A program made the position numbers and the translations under genes. From positions 1 to 64,000 of the forward strand of contig CAXXMR010000015.1 in assembly GCA_963663805.2 (NCBI GenBank): DNA of 64,000 bases, written 5' to 3'. Under the pieces are notes generated by a model. That model worked only from the letters and a program-made list of their open reading frames with translations, did not search any database and was not told the DNA's origin. Within the stretch, counting starts at the first letter, position 1, and each line of letters opens with the position of its first letter. Positions 19,525 to 30,150 of the stretch are shown one piece after another. This stretch comes from Sedimentisphaerales bacterium (GTDB taxonomy: Bacteria; Planctomycetota; Phycisphaerae; Sedimentisphaerales; SM23-30).

Positions 19525-20643
19525 TTACTCCGGCAATTAAACATATGAATCAACTCGCTTTTGCGTATTGCACTTTTTCGTGATTAAAAAACTTTTTTAC
19601 CTTCTTAGGCTTTCGTTGCAGGCTCCGCATATAAGAACTCAGATTATCCTGCAATTGTTCTTGTGACCTTGGCGCGGGCTTCTTCTTGAGTTGTTGTTTG
19701 ATGTCCTGGTTGACATATTCATCGGGGTTATGTTCCGGGCTGTAAGGCGGCAGAAAGAACAGCTCGATTTTCTTTTTATGTTTAGTTGCCCACCGTTGAA
19801 CCTTCTTGGCATGGTGAACTCTAAGATTATCGACAATCAAAAATACTTTTCGTTTAGCATCCTTAATGAGTCGTCGCAAAAATGTCAAAAATATATCCAC
19901 CTTCAAGCCGCCTTCATAAATCATAAAACGCAATTGCCCTTTATTTGTCAGCGATGAAATCATACTTACCGAAAAACGCTGGGCTGGGCCGTAAACCGTC
20001 GGGGTTTGGCCTTTAGGAGCATAGCCCCGACCACGAGCGTCAGCACTGTTAAGCCCGGTTTCATCAGCCCATTGAATCTCAGCACCTTCCTTTTTAGCAC
20101 GCTTTTCGATCTCTGGATAGGTCTCGCCCAGCCATTGCTGGACCTTTTCGGGCTGTTGCTCATAAGCTTTGCGAATCGGTTTTTGAGGTGTAAAACCCCA
20201 ACGCTTAAGATATTCGCCAGCAGTGCGGATCGGCAACTTAATCGAAAATTTCTGTTCGATTAAATCCATTACCGCCTGACGATTCCACAAAGCAAATTTC
20301 AGTTTTAACTGTTCGGGATATTTGTCCCGAATCAAAACCTGAATCTCCTTTTCCTGCTCTAAAGTCAAAGTTCTGTTTTCGCCTTTTCTGCGACCTCGTT
20401 GGCCGGGCTTTAAGCCAGCCATTCCCTCAGACAAATATCGCTGCCACCATCGATTGACAGTTTGGTAAGCAATCTCAAGGATCGCCGCAACTTCCCTTTG
20501 CTTTTTGCCGGCTTTGAGCAACTTTATGCAGGTTCGCCTCAGTTCATACTGAGCTTGCTGGTTAAGTTTTCGGGCATCTCGTTTTTCCATTACAAAAGTA
20601 TAGCAGAAAATTAATAATGTTTATCTATTTTATTGCCGGATTA
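19525..20643 (-). mobile_element. IS630-family element, copy 1 (one terminal IR interrupted by copy 2)
   Basis: TTACTCCGGCAAT..ATTGCCGGAT-TA ends; original target CTAG. Confidence 0.92.
19550..20590 (-). CDS. IS630 transposase
   Basis: WADETG, VDNLRVH, LPPYSPEHNPDE. Confidence 0.95.
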   Translation of the reverse strand: MEKRDARKLNQQAQYELRRTCIKLLKAGKKQREVAAILEIAYQTVNRWWQRYLSEGMAGLKPGQRGRRKGENRTLTLEQEKEIQVLIRDKYPEQLKLKFALWNRQAVMDLIEQKFSIKLPIRTAGEYLKRWGFTPQKPIRKAYEQQPEKVQQWLGETYPEIEKRAKKEGAEIQWADETGLNSADARGRGYAPKGQTPTVYGPAQRFSVSMISSLTNKGQLRFMIYEGGLKVDIFLTFLRRLIKDAKRKVFLIVDNLRVHHAKKVQRWATKHKKKIELFFLPPYSPEHNPDEYVNQDIKQQLKKKPAPRSQEQLQDNLSSYMRSLQRKPKKVKKFFNHEKVQYAKAS

Positions 20644-21763
20644 TTACTCCGGCAATTAAACATATGAATCAACTCGCTTTTGCGTATTGCACTTTTTCGT
20701 GATTGAAAAACTTTTTTACCTTCTTAGGCTTTCGTTGCAGGCTCCGCATATAAGAACTCAGATTATCCTGCAATTGTTCTTGTGACCTTGGCGCGGGCTT
20801 CTTCTTGAGTTGTTGTTTGATGTCCTGGTTGACATATTCATCGGGGTTATGTTCCGGGCTGTAAGGCGGCAGAAAGAACAGCTCGATTTTCTTTTTATGT
20901 TTAGTTGCCCACCGTTGAACCTTCTTGGCATGGTGAACTCTAAGATTATCGACAATCAAAAATACTTTTCGTTTAGCATCCTTAATGAGTCGTCGCAAAA
21001 ATGTCAAAAATATATCCACCTTCAAGCCGCCTTCATAAATCATAAAACGCAATTGCCCTTTATTTGTCAGCGATGAAATCATACTTACCGAAAAACGCTG
21101 GGCTGGGCCGTAAACCGTCGGGGTTTGGCCTTTAGGAGCATAGCCCCGACCACGAGCGTCAGCACTGTTAAGCCCGGTTTCATCAGCCCATTGAATCTCA
21201 GCATCTTCCTTTTTAGCACGCTTTTCGATCTCTGGATAGGTCTCGCCCAGCCATTGCTGGACCTTTTCGGGCTGTTGCTCATAAGCTTTGCGAATCGGTT
21301 TTTGAGGTGTAAAACCCCAACGCTTAAGATATTCGCCAGCAGTGCGGATCGGCAACTTAATCGAAAATTTCTGTTCGATTAAATCCATTACCGCCTGACG
21401 ATTCCACAAAGCAAATTTCAGTTTTAACTGTTCGGGATATTTGTCCCGAATCAAAACCTGAATCTCCTTTTCCTGCTCTAAAGTCAAAGTTCTGTTTTCG
21501 CCTTTTCTGCGACCTCGTTGGCCGGGCTTTAAGCCAGCCATTCCCTCAGACAAATATCGCTGCCACCATCGATTGACAGTTTGGTAAGCAATCTCAAGGA
21601 TCGCCGCAACTTCCCTTTGCTTTTTGCCGGCTTTGAGCAACTTTATGCAGGTTCGCCTCAGTTCATACTGAGCTTGCTGGTTAAGTTTTCGGGCATCTCG
21701 TTTTTCCATTACAAAAGTATAGCAGAAAATTAATAATGTTCATCTATTTTATTGCCGGATTAA
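20644..21763 (-). mobile_element. IS630-family element, copy 2 (1120 bp)
   Basis: Same ends, flanked by TA. Confidence 0.93.
20669..21709 (-). CDS. IS630 transposase
   Basis: One residue different from copy 1. Confidence 0.95.
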   Translation of the reverse strand: MEKRDARKLNQQAQYELRRTCIKLLKAGKKQREVAAILEIAYQTVNRWWQRYLSEGMAGLKPGQRGRRKGENRTLTLEQEKEIQVLIRDKYPEQLKLKFALWNRQAVMDLIEQKFSIKLPIRTAGEYLKRWGFTPQKPIRKAYEQQPEKVQQWLGETYPEIEKRAKKEDAEIQWADETGLNSADARGRGYAPKGQTPTVYGPAQRFSVSMISSLTNKGQLRFMIYEGGLKVDIFLTFLRRLIKDAKRKVFLIVDNLRVHHAKKVQRWATKHKKKIELFFLPPYSPEHNPDEYVNQDIKQQLKKKPAPRSQEQLQDNLSSYMRSLQRKPKKVKKFFNHEKVQYAKAS

Positions 21764-21886
21764 TAATAGCTTAGCTTGGCACACAACTTTTCAAAGAGCA
21801 AAATTTTAATTTTTAGCCGCTTTAAAACGGTATCACGCTTGCTTGACAACTATACTGATTGTGTATCATGTGTTCATCAGCTTATC

Positions 21887-23611
21887 TTATTCGATGGCAA
21901 TATCTAGAATCAAAGGTAATGCGGAGCAACCGGTCGGAACTTCTATTTGGATTTCATTTAAACCGTTCCTCATGATTTCTCTAGGTAATGTCCAGGCCCG
22001 CAAAGTTTTACTAGTGCCAAGCCCTTCCCAATACGTGGTTGGATAAGGCTCAGAAATATCAGGATTATCTTTCAAAATATGTCCGTTAAACCTGATATTG
22101 CAGATGACTGGTCCCCATTCAGGTTCTACCTGAATCCTAAGCCGACCATCAGTCTTCCAACCTTCTGAAGGCGGGGCCATATCTATAGTGAAAGTTTCAT
22201 TGTAACCTTTTCTGATAGGTTCTTTGCTGAATCGTTTCCCGTTAATGTCACAGGCTGTTAAAAAATACCACTGGGGCTGAGTCGCAGCCAGTTCGGGATT
22301 GTGCATTATATTAAAAATCTCAAAAGGCGGTTCTACAAAAGTACCTCCTTCACGCTCGCCGGTTTTACGATAATAGTGAAAGTTGAACATCGAAACCCCT
22401 TTTGCCCCTCTGCAATAGGCCAGATGGGCCGCAGTATAAAACTGTTGGGGTTTGGTTAGTACAAACAGGTCCGACGATTTTCTGCCATGCAATTTTGATT
22501 TGTCGGCAGGGTGATATCGTGAGCTGTTAAAGGAAAGTTCCAGATACAAAGGTGCCTGGGGTACTTGTTTGTGTATTTTCGACAAATCACATTGCTGCTC
22601 AGTTACAAAATCGCAACCCAGGTTAAAAATATCCACTCCGGCATCGTACCATTGCTTTACATCTATGCCCAGGTCTTCATAGTCATTTGTGCGAAAGGGG
22701 ATTCTGACAGATAGCCATCTATATTTTCCTGGCTGTGCGGTAACATCAAGAAGCCTACGGACGCGACTGATAAAACCGGTCATGATCTCTACTCTTTGTT
22801 TCTTAGTAGTTTGTTTAGTATTAAAAAGCCATTTGTGCCTGAGGAAGTCCATTTCCAAGCCATCAATATCATAATTCTCACAAATTTCTTTGATAAAGCC
22901 AAACTTGCGATCTCGCACCGGCTCAAAAGCCCAGTTGAAAATATTATTGGTTCTTATTTGATTGCGGTATTTAATGAGATAATCAACCGTATCCATATCA
23001 CCCTGAGGCGGCACGTCATAGATATTTAAACGATATTGATGATTCTCATCATAGAACTTACTGGTGGAATATGAAGGCGGATAGGGCTTCCCTACGGCAA
23101 CACCCTTGGGATCTTTCAAACCTTTTTCGATTTGCTCTTTAGTAATGTCGGCATAGTTTTTATAATGGCGGTCGTTCATTCGCAGAGAAATAAACGGAGC
23201 AACACCTTTCTGGCGACATCTTTTGACAAACTCACCCACGATATCGCCGCCGGAAAGCATATATTTGCCATAACTGGTGATATCGGCACCAAATCTTTGC
23301 TTGTACCACTTTGCGTGTTCTGCATAAGGATATATTTCACTTTTCCACCAGGGTACCCAGGTATGGCCCGGCTGAAGCATGTGGACATCGATCCCCACAC
23401 CCACGGTCTCATCTACAGAAGCATGTAGTTTGCAAATTTCAAAGCCCTCGCCCCGATTATTATATGGGCTCTGGCAAGCGAGTATATTCGTTGTGTCATT
23501 ACTGAAAAGTGTCCGAAACTCTGGTTCGGGTCGGTCTTTGCCAAAGCCCAAAGCCGTAGACAGACTGACAATTAAAAGAAGTTGGGGCAATCCCATTTTT
23601 TTATTTAACAT
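21887..23611 (-). CDS. Secreted TIM-barrel glycoside-hydrolase-like protein (GHL10-like), paralogue 1
   Basis: Signal peptide; SNDTTN, WVPWWKS, PFISLRMNDRH, YDIDGLEMDFLRH. Confidence 0.65.
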   Translation of the reverse strand: MLNKKMGLPQLLLIVSLSTALGFGKDRPEPEFRTLFSNDTTNILACQSPYNNRGEGFEICKLHASVDETVGVGIDVHMLQPGHTWVPWWKSEIYPYAEHAKWYKQRFGADITSYGKYMLSGGDIVGEFVKRCRQKGVAPFISLRMNDRHYKNYADITKEQIEKGLKDPKGVAVGKPYPPSYSTSKFYDENHQYRLNIYDVPPQGDMDTVDYLIKYRNQIRTNNIFNWAFEPVRDRKFGFIKEICENYDIDGLEMDFLRHKWLFNTKQTTKKQRVEIMTGFISRVRRLLDVTAQPGKYRWLSVRIPFRTNDYEDLGIDVKQWYDAGVDIFNLGCDFVTEQQCDLSKIHKQVPQAPLYLELSFNSSRYHPADKSKLHGRKSSDLFVLTKPQQFYTAAHLAYCRGAKGVSMFNFHYYRKTGEREGGTFVEPPFEIFNIMHNPELAATQPQWYFLTACDINGKRFSKEPIRKGYNETFTIDMAPPSEGWKTDGRLRIQVEPEWGPVICNIRFNGHILKDNPDISEPYPTTYWEGLGTSKTLRAWTLPREIMRNGLNEIQIEVPTGCSALPLILDIAIE

Positions 23612-25157
23612 CTTTAAGGCTCCCGGAAGTCCAGATAGTAAGGTTAGAAAGGTCTTTTTTCGATTTCCTGTTTAATAAGAACGACAATGATAGCCCAATG
23701 ATAAAAATAAATATATTTGAGACTGTCCCCAGCCAAAAAGAACTGGGAACCTTAGCGCAAATTTCAGGATACCTTTCCTGTGCATAGCTTCCTGTGAAAA
23801 ATACCCACAAACAAGAAATCATAAAAGTCACAACTGTAACACACGCAGCGATGGTACTATCAATTCTTTTGGTTAATAAACCTAAAAGGAAAAGTCCTAA
23901 CAATCCGCCGCCCAAAATGCTATAGGCGTAATTCTGCATATCATTAAGCGTTGTGGTATTGGTGTAATGTATAATCAAAGCCGTCGTAATCATTATTACA
24001 GCAAACATGACAGAGAACCAACGGCCGGCGGTTAGATAATGTCTCTCTGGCTTATTCTTAACGAAAATTCTTCGATAGAAATCCGTGGTAACGGTCGAAG
24101 CCGTTGCATTTATCAGTGAGTCCAAAGTTGACATAGCCGCTGCTATCAGCCCCATCAAAACAAAACCTGCCAGGCCGGTCGGCACTTCATTTAATATGAA
24201 ATATGGAAGAATTTGCTCAGGGGCCTCCAATGTTTCTGCCATCTTTTCCGGAAAAACGGTGTAGAAAACATAAACCGCGGTCCCGATAAAGAAGAAATAG
24301 AGCCACATCGGTACACTAATAAATACCCCCATAAGCAAAGATTTTCTGGAGTCCGCCAAAGTTTTTGGAGCACAATAACGCTGTACCATACTCTGGTCGG
24401 TACACATTAGCTGCATCCACATAAAAGGTGCGGTCAAAAGCATGACCCAGAAACCTTTTATCTTAAAATCCAGAGCCATATTACCTAATGAAAATTTGTC
24501 CGCGGAAGAGGCAACTTCAAATATCTGACTAAATCCGCCAGGCAATTTATTAACCAGGACAGGAAGACATATCAGAGCCCCCACGATAAGTGCGATACCC
24601 TGAATTAAATCCGTCCATATCACCGCTTCCAATCCACCAGCGATGGTGTACATTGCGACAACGACACCGAAAACTAGGATAACAAGGGCCATAGGCCAAC
24701 CGGTCATGGCCTGAACTGCAAGCGAGGCGGCATAAAGAATTACACCAATCCTGACAATCTGTAATAACAGAAACGTCAGGGCTGCATAAAGTCTGGCCCA
24801 TAAACCAAACCGCTTCTCCAGATATTCATAGGCACTACTGACGTGTCCTTTTCTGAAAAACGGCATAAAGAGAAATATTGCTACTATTGTGGCAATGATA
24901 TAGCCGGTACTGGGTACGAGATAACGCCAATTTTCTTTAAAGGCAAAGCCCGGATTGGCCAGAAACGACATTGAACTTATTATCGTGGCCATAACAGAAA
25001 AACCAACCACCCAACCGGGCATACTTCTGCCGGCCAGAAAATAAGTCTCCGACGAACTGTTTTTCTTGGCACAGTACCAGCCAATGTAGAGCATTACACA
25101 AAAGCCTAAAGCCAAAACAATCAGGTCAGGCAATCTCAGGTAGCCAGTACTTTCCAT
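23601..25157 (-). CDS. Sodium:solute symporter (SiaT/SGLT-like)
   Basis: YFLAGRSMP, SAYEYLEKRFG, GGLEAVIWTD, DQSMVQRY, AAAMSTLDS. Confidence 0.92.
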   Translation of the reverse strand: MESTGYLRLPDLIVLALGFCVMLYIGWYCAKKNSSSETYFLAGRSMPGWVVGFSVMATIISSMSFLANPGFAFKENWRYLVPSTGYIIATIVAIFLFMPFFRKGHVSSAYEYLEKRFGLWARLYAALTFLLLQIVRIGVILYAASLAVQAMTGWPMALVILVFGVVVAMYTIAGGLEAVIWTDLIQGIALIVGALICLPVLVNKLPGGFSQIFEVASSADKFSLGNMALDFKIKGFWVMLLTAPFMWMQLMCTDQSMVQRYCAPKTLADSRKSLLMGVFISVPMWLYFFFIGTAVYVFYTVFPEKMAETLEAPEQILPYFILNEVPTGLAGFVLMGLIAAAMSTLDSLINATASTVTTDFYRRIFVKNKPERHYLTAGRWFSVMFAVIMITTALIIHYTNTTTLNDMQNYAYSILGGGLLGLFLLGLLTKRIDSTIAACVTVVTFMISCLWVFFTGSYAQERYPEICAKVPSSFWLGTVSNIFIFIIGLSLSFLLNRKSKKDLSNLTIWTSGSLKDVK

Positions 25158-25214
25158 TAAAATAAGGTTGGTCACAAATATTTCCTTCAATTATAGATCA
25201 AGAGTATACGTTTC

Positions 25215-26711
25215 TTAATTATTCAACATTTTCATACTATACGTATTAAACGGCGATGCCGGCAGACCTTGTTTATTATAGAAGTTTGGCTTTGCGTATT
25301 CGCACCATGCAAAACTCACATCAACTGGCTTGAGAACCTTGTCGCTGGAAACCAGAACAGTGTTCCCGTCAATAACAGCTCGCCCCGAATAGAATTTTCC
25401 ATCAGCACCACATATCTGAAAGTCTGTCAACTCTCCATTTTTCGCCATGAGTCCATTCTCAGCATAATCGAAGAAAACCCTGATCTTATCTGACTCTATT
25501 TTTTTATCTCGGTAAAGCGGACCGGAAGGTACTATGTCGTCAAAGCCGTATAAGTCTCTGGAAGCCCACAATGCCAGACGATAGCCGACATCACGTTTGT
25601 TTTTGGGATGGTGGTTAGTGGCATCACCAATATCCATAGTTACAGCCATGCCGACATTTTTGACCTTTCCTAAAGTCAGGAATTGTGCTTCACGCACCTT
25701 GGCAACTCCGATTTTATAACCGGTCGAAGCCGCAAGCTGCACATAATAAAAGGGCAGTTCCGGATTATCCCAGACTTTTCTCCATTCATCAATGAACAAC
25801 GGGAATGCTTTATAATAATATTCAGAATAAGGCGTATTGGCCTCGCCCTGATACCATATGACTCCGGCAATGGCGAATTGCTTGAGGGGATGCACCATGC
25901 CATTATAACAATAAAGGGGCATATTCTGGTATCTGGGCGAACCCGCATCTTTGGGTTTTTCTGAGATTTTGCCGGTTTGCCACTCTTTGAGTTTTCTCTC
26001 ATAGTAGCGTTTACTGCCTTCATATTTCTTCAGATAGTCAATGCTTCTCTGCTTCAAATAAGACGCGTATTCAGGGTATTGCTTGAGGCAATCCGGGTTC
26101 ATCCATGATTCAATCGGAGTTCCACCCCAGCTTGCATCAATCAGGCCAATAGGTTTATTGAGCTTTTGATAGAGATTTTTACCAAAATAATATGCTGCCC
26201 CCGAGAAGTATTCAACTGTTTCCGGCGAACATTGTTTCCATGACCCGCTAACGTTATCTAACGGGACTTTGGAATATTTAGACTTAACTTTGAAATAACG
26301 TATGTTTGGAAATTTGGCGACGGGGATTTCGGTATCCGCCGACTCGCACCTGCTAAGAGTAAATTGCATATTTGATTGACCGGAACAAAACCATACCTGG
26401 CCAATTAGGATGTCCTTATAGACCACCTGTTCGGGCCCGGACTTGACAACAAGTTGACGCGGCTCAAAAGAAGCCTCTGGTGTTTTGATAAACACCTTCC
26501 AATTGCCAGCTTTGTCGGCCTTGCAAAGGTACTCTTGGGAATCCCAATTTGCCTGCACCATGATTTCAGCTGATGGATTGGCCTGTCCCCATAAACAAAC
26601 AGCCTTTCCCTCCTGCAGAACCATGCCATCGCCAAATATGTTAGGAAGGGACAATTCCGCAAAAATCGGTGCTGTAACAAACAATGATAACATTAATACG
26701 CGTTTTAGCAT
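25215..26711 (-). CDS. Sialate O-acetylesterase (SASA family)
   Basis: CSGQSNM, WYQGEAN, D..HPKNK, GLPASPF. Confidence 0.92.
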   Translation of the reverse strand: MLKRVLMLSLFVTAPIFAELSLPNIFGDGMVLQEGKAVCLWGQANPSAEIMVQANWDSQEYLCKADKAGNWKVFIKTPEASFEPRQLVVKSGPEQVVYKDILIGQVWFCSGQSNMQFTLSRCESADTEIPVAKFPNIRYFKVKSKYSKVPLDNVSGSWKQCSPETVEYFSGAAYYFGKNLYQKLNKPIGLIDASWGGTPIESWMNPDCLKQYPEYASYLKQRSIDYLKKYEGSKRYYERKLKEWQTGKISEKPKDAGSPRYQNMPLYCYNGMVHPLKQFAIAGVIWYQGEANTPYSEYYYKAFPLFIDEWRKVWDNPELPFYYVQLAASTGYKIGVAKVREAQFLTLGKVKNVGMAVTMDIGDATNHHPKNKRDVGYRLALWASRDLYGFDDIVPSGPLYRDKKIESDKIRVFFDYAENGLMAKNGELTDFQICGADGKFYSGRAVIDGNTVLVSSDKVLKPVDVSFAWCEYAKPNFYNKQGLPASPFNTYSMKMLNN

Positions 26712-26777
26712 TTTGGGGCTCCAGCAAAACAAATTTTTATGATCCGGTCAACATTAGAGATGCTCTTAAAGCTAAAG

Positions 26778-28457
26778 CTATTTAAGGGCAAGGTCAATGT
26801 AAGTCAACATATTTGTTCCGCCCTTTGTCATGGTAATGTCTATTGTGTTAATACCTTTTTTGAGGATTTTCACCGGTACGATCCATGCTTTGGTATTAGT
26901 TTTGTCACCTAATCCAAAAAAACCAGGATAAGGGTAGGCATAGTCCTCAGAGATATCGCTGGTTTGGGCAAGTTCTACACCATTGATGTTAAGGCGGAAT
27001 TCCATTTCGTTACACGGGTCGGTTGTTTGAAGTCTGAATTTACCATCGTGATTCCATCCGCCAGTCGGAGGCATTAACTTCATTTCCAGATTTATGGTTT
27101 GATTATTTGCCAGCCATTTCTGCAAAAGCTTATGGACCTCGGGAACATAAGGCACATTCCAGAGATTGCCTATAAAGTAATTTTGCGGCTGTTTTGCCAG
27201 CCAGTCAGGAGACCTCAGGTTTTTGATAATATCAAACGGAGGCTCCATCTCAGGCAGAGGCCCGCCATTTGCCTCAACCATTGCCTTATGAGAACTTGTC
27301 CACGGCATTGACGGGCGATAGTAAACAAAATTAAACAGACTCATCCCGTCGGCACCCTGAGCATAAGCACTGTGGGCGGTGGTATAATAGTCTATATCGG
27401 TACAAAATCTTGTTATCTGATAATAGGGACCTATCTTTTTGCCCAGCATATTGGTCTGGGTAAGCTCCATATAAACATCAAGACCGGGAACTTGCTCTTT
27501 CACTTCTGCCACATCGCCACTTTGTTGCATAAAATAAAATGGCGACAAAACGACCATCTCAACCCCGGCCTGAGCCCAACTCTCCAAATCGATGCCCAGA
27601 GCGTCATAGCTCGCGGTATAACATGGAACACGAACACAAAGTTGGCGTTTTTTGCCATTCACTTTGTTTTCATCCAGCATCTCCCTTATTCTGACGACAA
27701 AATCCGTCATAATCTGTTTTCGCTGCTGAGAAGTGGTTTCATTCTGCCTGAAGTAGTTCGGATGCCTTATGAAATCCAACTGCAATCCCGCGAATTCGTA
27801 ATTCTGGCAAAGTTCTTCAATGAGTTTGAATTTGTGTTCACGAACTTCCGGTATAGCCCAATTCAACAAAGGCCAAAAACACTTTTTGACCGAAAGTGCC
27901 GAACCCAATCGATATTCCGGGTGTTCATAATAAAATCTGTTTATCGATGTCGCCCAATGAGACTCTACACTTCCTTTGGTGTCAGGAACATATTCTTTGC
28001 CATGATGATCGTTAAGACGATAGGAAATAAAAGGGAGCATATCAGTCTTTTTGCAATGCTCAAGAAAAGCCCCTACGATATCTCCTCCCTCAACCAGATA
28101 TTGCCCCACAGTATCTAATCGGTCAATTTTATAAGTCTTTTTGAACCATTCAAAATGCTCTTTAGCGGGCATTATTTCACTTTTCCACCAGGGCACCCAC
28201 CCATAGCCAGGCTCAAGGATATAAATATCAACCCCCTTACCGGTAACCTCATCAATGGAAGCCCTAAGCCTGTCCTCAGAAAATCCCCCTTCCTTATGAT
28301 AGGGACTCAGAGCACTTATCAGGTTAGTTGTATCATTGCTATAAATCACCTTACCAGACACTCCTGAGTCATTTGTACCTGCTAATATTTCTTCGGCAAA
28401 GGTACTATACGATAGGAATAATATTTGGCATAAAACCAATAATAACAGTCTTTTCAT
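26778..28457 (-). CDS. GHL10-like protein, paralogue 2
   Basis: SNDTTN, WVPWWKS, FISYRLNDHH, NWAIPEVR, GLQLDFIRH. Confidence 0.65.
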   Translation of the reverse strand: MKRLLLLVLCQILFLSYSTFAEEILAGTNDSGVSGKVIYSNDTTNLISALSPYHKEGGFSEDRLRASIDEVTGKGVDIYILEPGYGWVPWWKSEIMPAKEHFEWFKKTYKIDRLDTVGQYLVEGGDIVGAFLEHCKKTDMLPFISYRLNDHHGKEYVPDTKGSVESHWATSINRFYYEHPEYRLGSALSVKKCFWPLLNWAIPEVREHKFKLIEELCQNYEFAGLQLDFIRHPNYFRQNETTSQQRKQIMTDFVVRIREMLDENKVNGKKRQLCVRVPCYTASYDALGIDLESWAQAGVEMVVLSPFYFMQQSGDVAEVKEQVPGLDVYMELTQTNMLGKKIGPYYQITRFCTDIDYYTTAHSAYAQGADGMSLFNFVYYRPSMPWTSSHKAMVEANGGPLPEMEPPFDIIKNLRSPDWLAKQPQNYFIGNLWNVPYVPEVHKLLQKWLANNQTINLEMKLMPPTGGWNHDGKFRLQTTDPCNEMEFRLNINGVELAQTSDISEDYAYPYPGFFGLGDKTNTKAWIVPVKILKKGINTIDITMTKGGTNMLTYIDLALK

Positions 28458-28569
28458 TTTCTTGACCCTAATTTAAAACTATTCACATTGAATATACGTA
28501 GAGGAAATATCCCACCGCAAGCAGAATAACAATTTGCTGTTATAGAAACCATACTATGGATGATATAAA

Positions 28570-28598
28570 AATGGGGCCATAATAAATATGGCCCCATT
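28570..28598 (-). terminator. Rho-independent terminator-like hairpin
   Basis: AATGGGGCCATA-ATAAA-TATGGCCCCATT with a T-run on the minus strand. Confidence 0.7.
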
Positions 28599-28624
28599 AA
28601 TTTTGCAATACAATTAGTAATCAT

Positions 28625-30061
28625 TTACTCCACTGGATCACATTCCGGAGCATTACATTCTAGCCATTTTGTAGCCATCATACTGAAATCAATAAGATTA
28701 GTAAAGCAATCAAAATTGAAATCATAATCTGGATACGGATGGCAGACATCTCCACAGGCCTTAATATTAGCTAAATTAAGAATTACTGTTTCGTCTGCAT
28801 TCATGGTAATTGAAGTATCCGCAGAAGCCGCATCGTCAACATTGTTGGACCAGGAACCAAATCCCCAGATATCCGGACAATCGATAACATCTGTCGTACT
28901 TAGATCGACTACAGTTGATGCTGTATAAACATGGGTCCCTATTGTCGGAGTGACCGCATTAATTCCTGCCGGATTGGTTACAATTGTCAAATACACGCAA
29001 TCTGGTCCCTGCACATAGTTAGCTGTCACATTCTTGTCATCATCCATAAGAACTGTATTCTGTGCATTCGTAAGATTATTCGGATCCCCAGCGGTCCATG
29101 AAGCAAAAGCATAAGTGTCGGGGCAATTGATATAATCAGAGGCTGACACGTAAGCCGTAGTACCTTCAGGATACTGATAAGAGCCAGGAGCAGGTAAAAT
29201 AGTATCAATAAAAGTCTCACTGGCTTGTATTGTCAACGTTTTCCAACTACTTGGTTCAGTGTAAGCAGAAGTAATTCCATACTTACCGGCAAGAGACCAA
29301 CCAACCCAATTCATTTCATCATCAGTCAAAGCCCTGCCATATACAAGCACTTCAGCTATTCCACCATCAAAGAAATTCTGGAAGTTACCATCATATTCAA
29401 AACATCCAACACCATTAGGGCTCTCAGTCACTAATGGAACAGTTGCGCCAGTTACACTTCTATAATATTGGCCTTCCTGCCACATTTCAACCTTACCATC
29501 GGCATTATATCTTCCTGCAATAAGAATTCCACCTTCGGTTCCGTCATATACTCCAGCAGAATCACCCCAGACACTTTTGCCAGATGCGAAAAAAATTGCT
29601 TTGCCGCTGCTGAACATAATCCCAAATGCTTCGCCGGTTCCTGTATGGCCAAAAGGACGACCAGCCGGAGCAACACCGCTATCCAGATAGCCAACAAAAA
29701 ATACCGTCGCTCCGTCACTACCTGCAATACCAAGAGAATCTGCTGTTTTATCGCGAACTTCAGCTTCCGGATTTGACCAGATTGCCAGTCCATCATCAAC
29801 ACCGTCAAATCTTACCATCGGATTCCCGTTCAAGGCATCAGACTCTAAAACCGGCAGCTCGTCAGCTAACATCACGGAGCTTTGCTTAAGATTGAGTGCA
29901 TCATGTTCCTCACCGGACTGATCCTGCCATGCAACAACCTTGCCACCCTCCTCGACAATGCCGGCCCCTCCTTGAAGGTGCAATACCAAATCACCATAGG
30001 GTACTGCCCAGGCAGAAGTACAAAACAAAACTACAGTTAAAAATCCCAGTACTTTTTTCAT
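28625..30061 (-). CDS. Secreted LamG-like jellyroll + two Cys-paired beta repeats + dockerin-like EF-hand tail
   Basis: WQDQSG, RFDGVDD, GGIAEVLVYGRAL; DFNFDCFTNLIDF. Confidence 0.75.
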   Translation of the reverse strand: MKKVLGFLTVVLFCTSAWAVPYGDLVLHLQGGAGIVEEGGKVVAWQDQSGEEHDALNLKQSSVMLADELPVLESDALNGNPMVRFDGVDDGLAIWSNPEAEVRDKTADSLGIAGSDGATVFFVGYLDSGVAPAGRPFGHTGTGEAFGIMFSSGKAIFFASGKSVWGDSAGVYDGTEGGILIAGRYNADGKVEMWQEGQYYRSVTGATVPLVTESPNGVGCFEYDGNFQNFFDGGIAEVLVYGRALTDDEMNWVGWSLAGKYGITSAYTEPSSWKTLTIQASETFIDTILPAPGSYQYPEGTTAYVSASDYINCPDTYAFASWTAGDPNNLTNAQNTVLMDDDKNVTANYVQGPDCVYLTIVTNPAGINAVTPTIGTHVYTASTVVDLSTTDVIDCPDIWGFGSWSNNVDDAASADTSITMNADETVILNLANIKACGDVCHPYPDYDFNFDCFTNLIDFSMMATKWLECNAPECDPVE

Positions 30062-30150
30062 CGCTTTTCTCCTAGTGTAATAAAAACTAAATCAAACACG
30101 CTACAACAAAACAATTCTATAGAACTCATAACATAATTGCTTAATAGGGA

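Larger units (their letters stand above)
18877..21857. mobile_element. Non-autonomous element bounded by about 70-bp imperfect inverted repeats (about 0.74 kb without the IS630 pair)
   Basis: CGGTGTAGTTGTCAACCGAACGTGATACCGCTTTAACGCGGCT.. matches the reverse complement of 21785-21857; no target duplication seen. Confidence 0.5.

Noticed and set aside
19073..19553. Repetitive ORFs or CRISPR call over the 20-bp array
   Set aside because: A period of 20 rotates the same peptides through all frames; no 30-40 nt spacers and no cas genes
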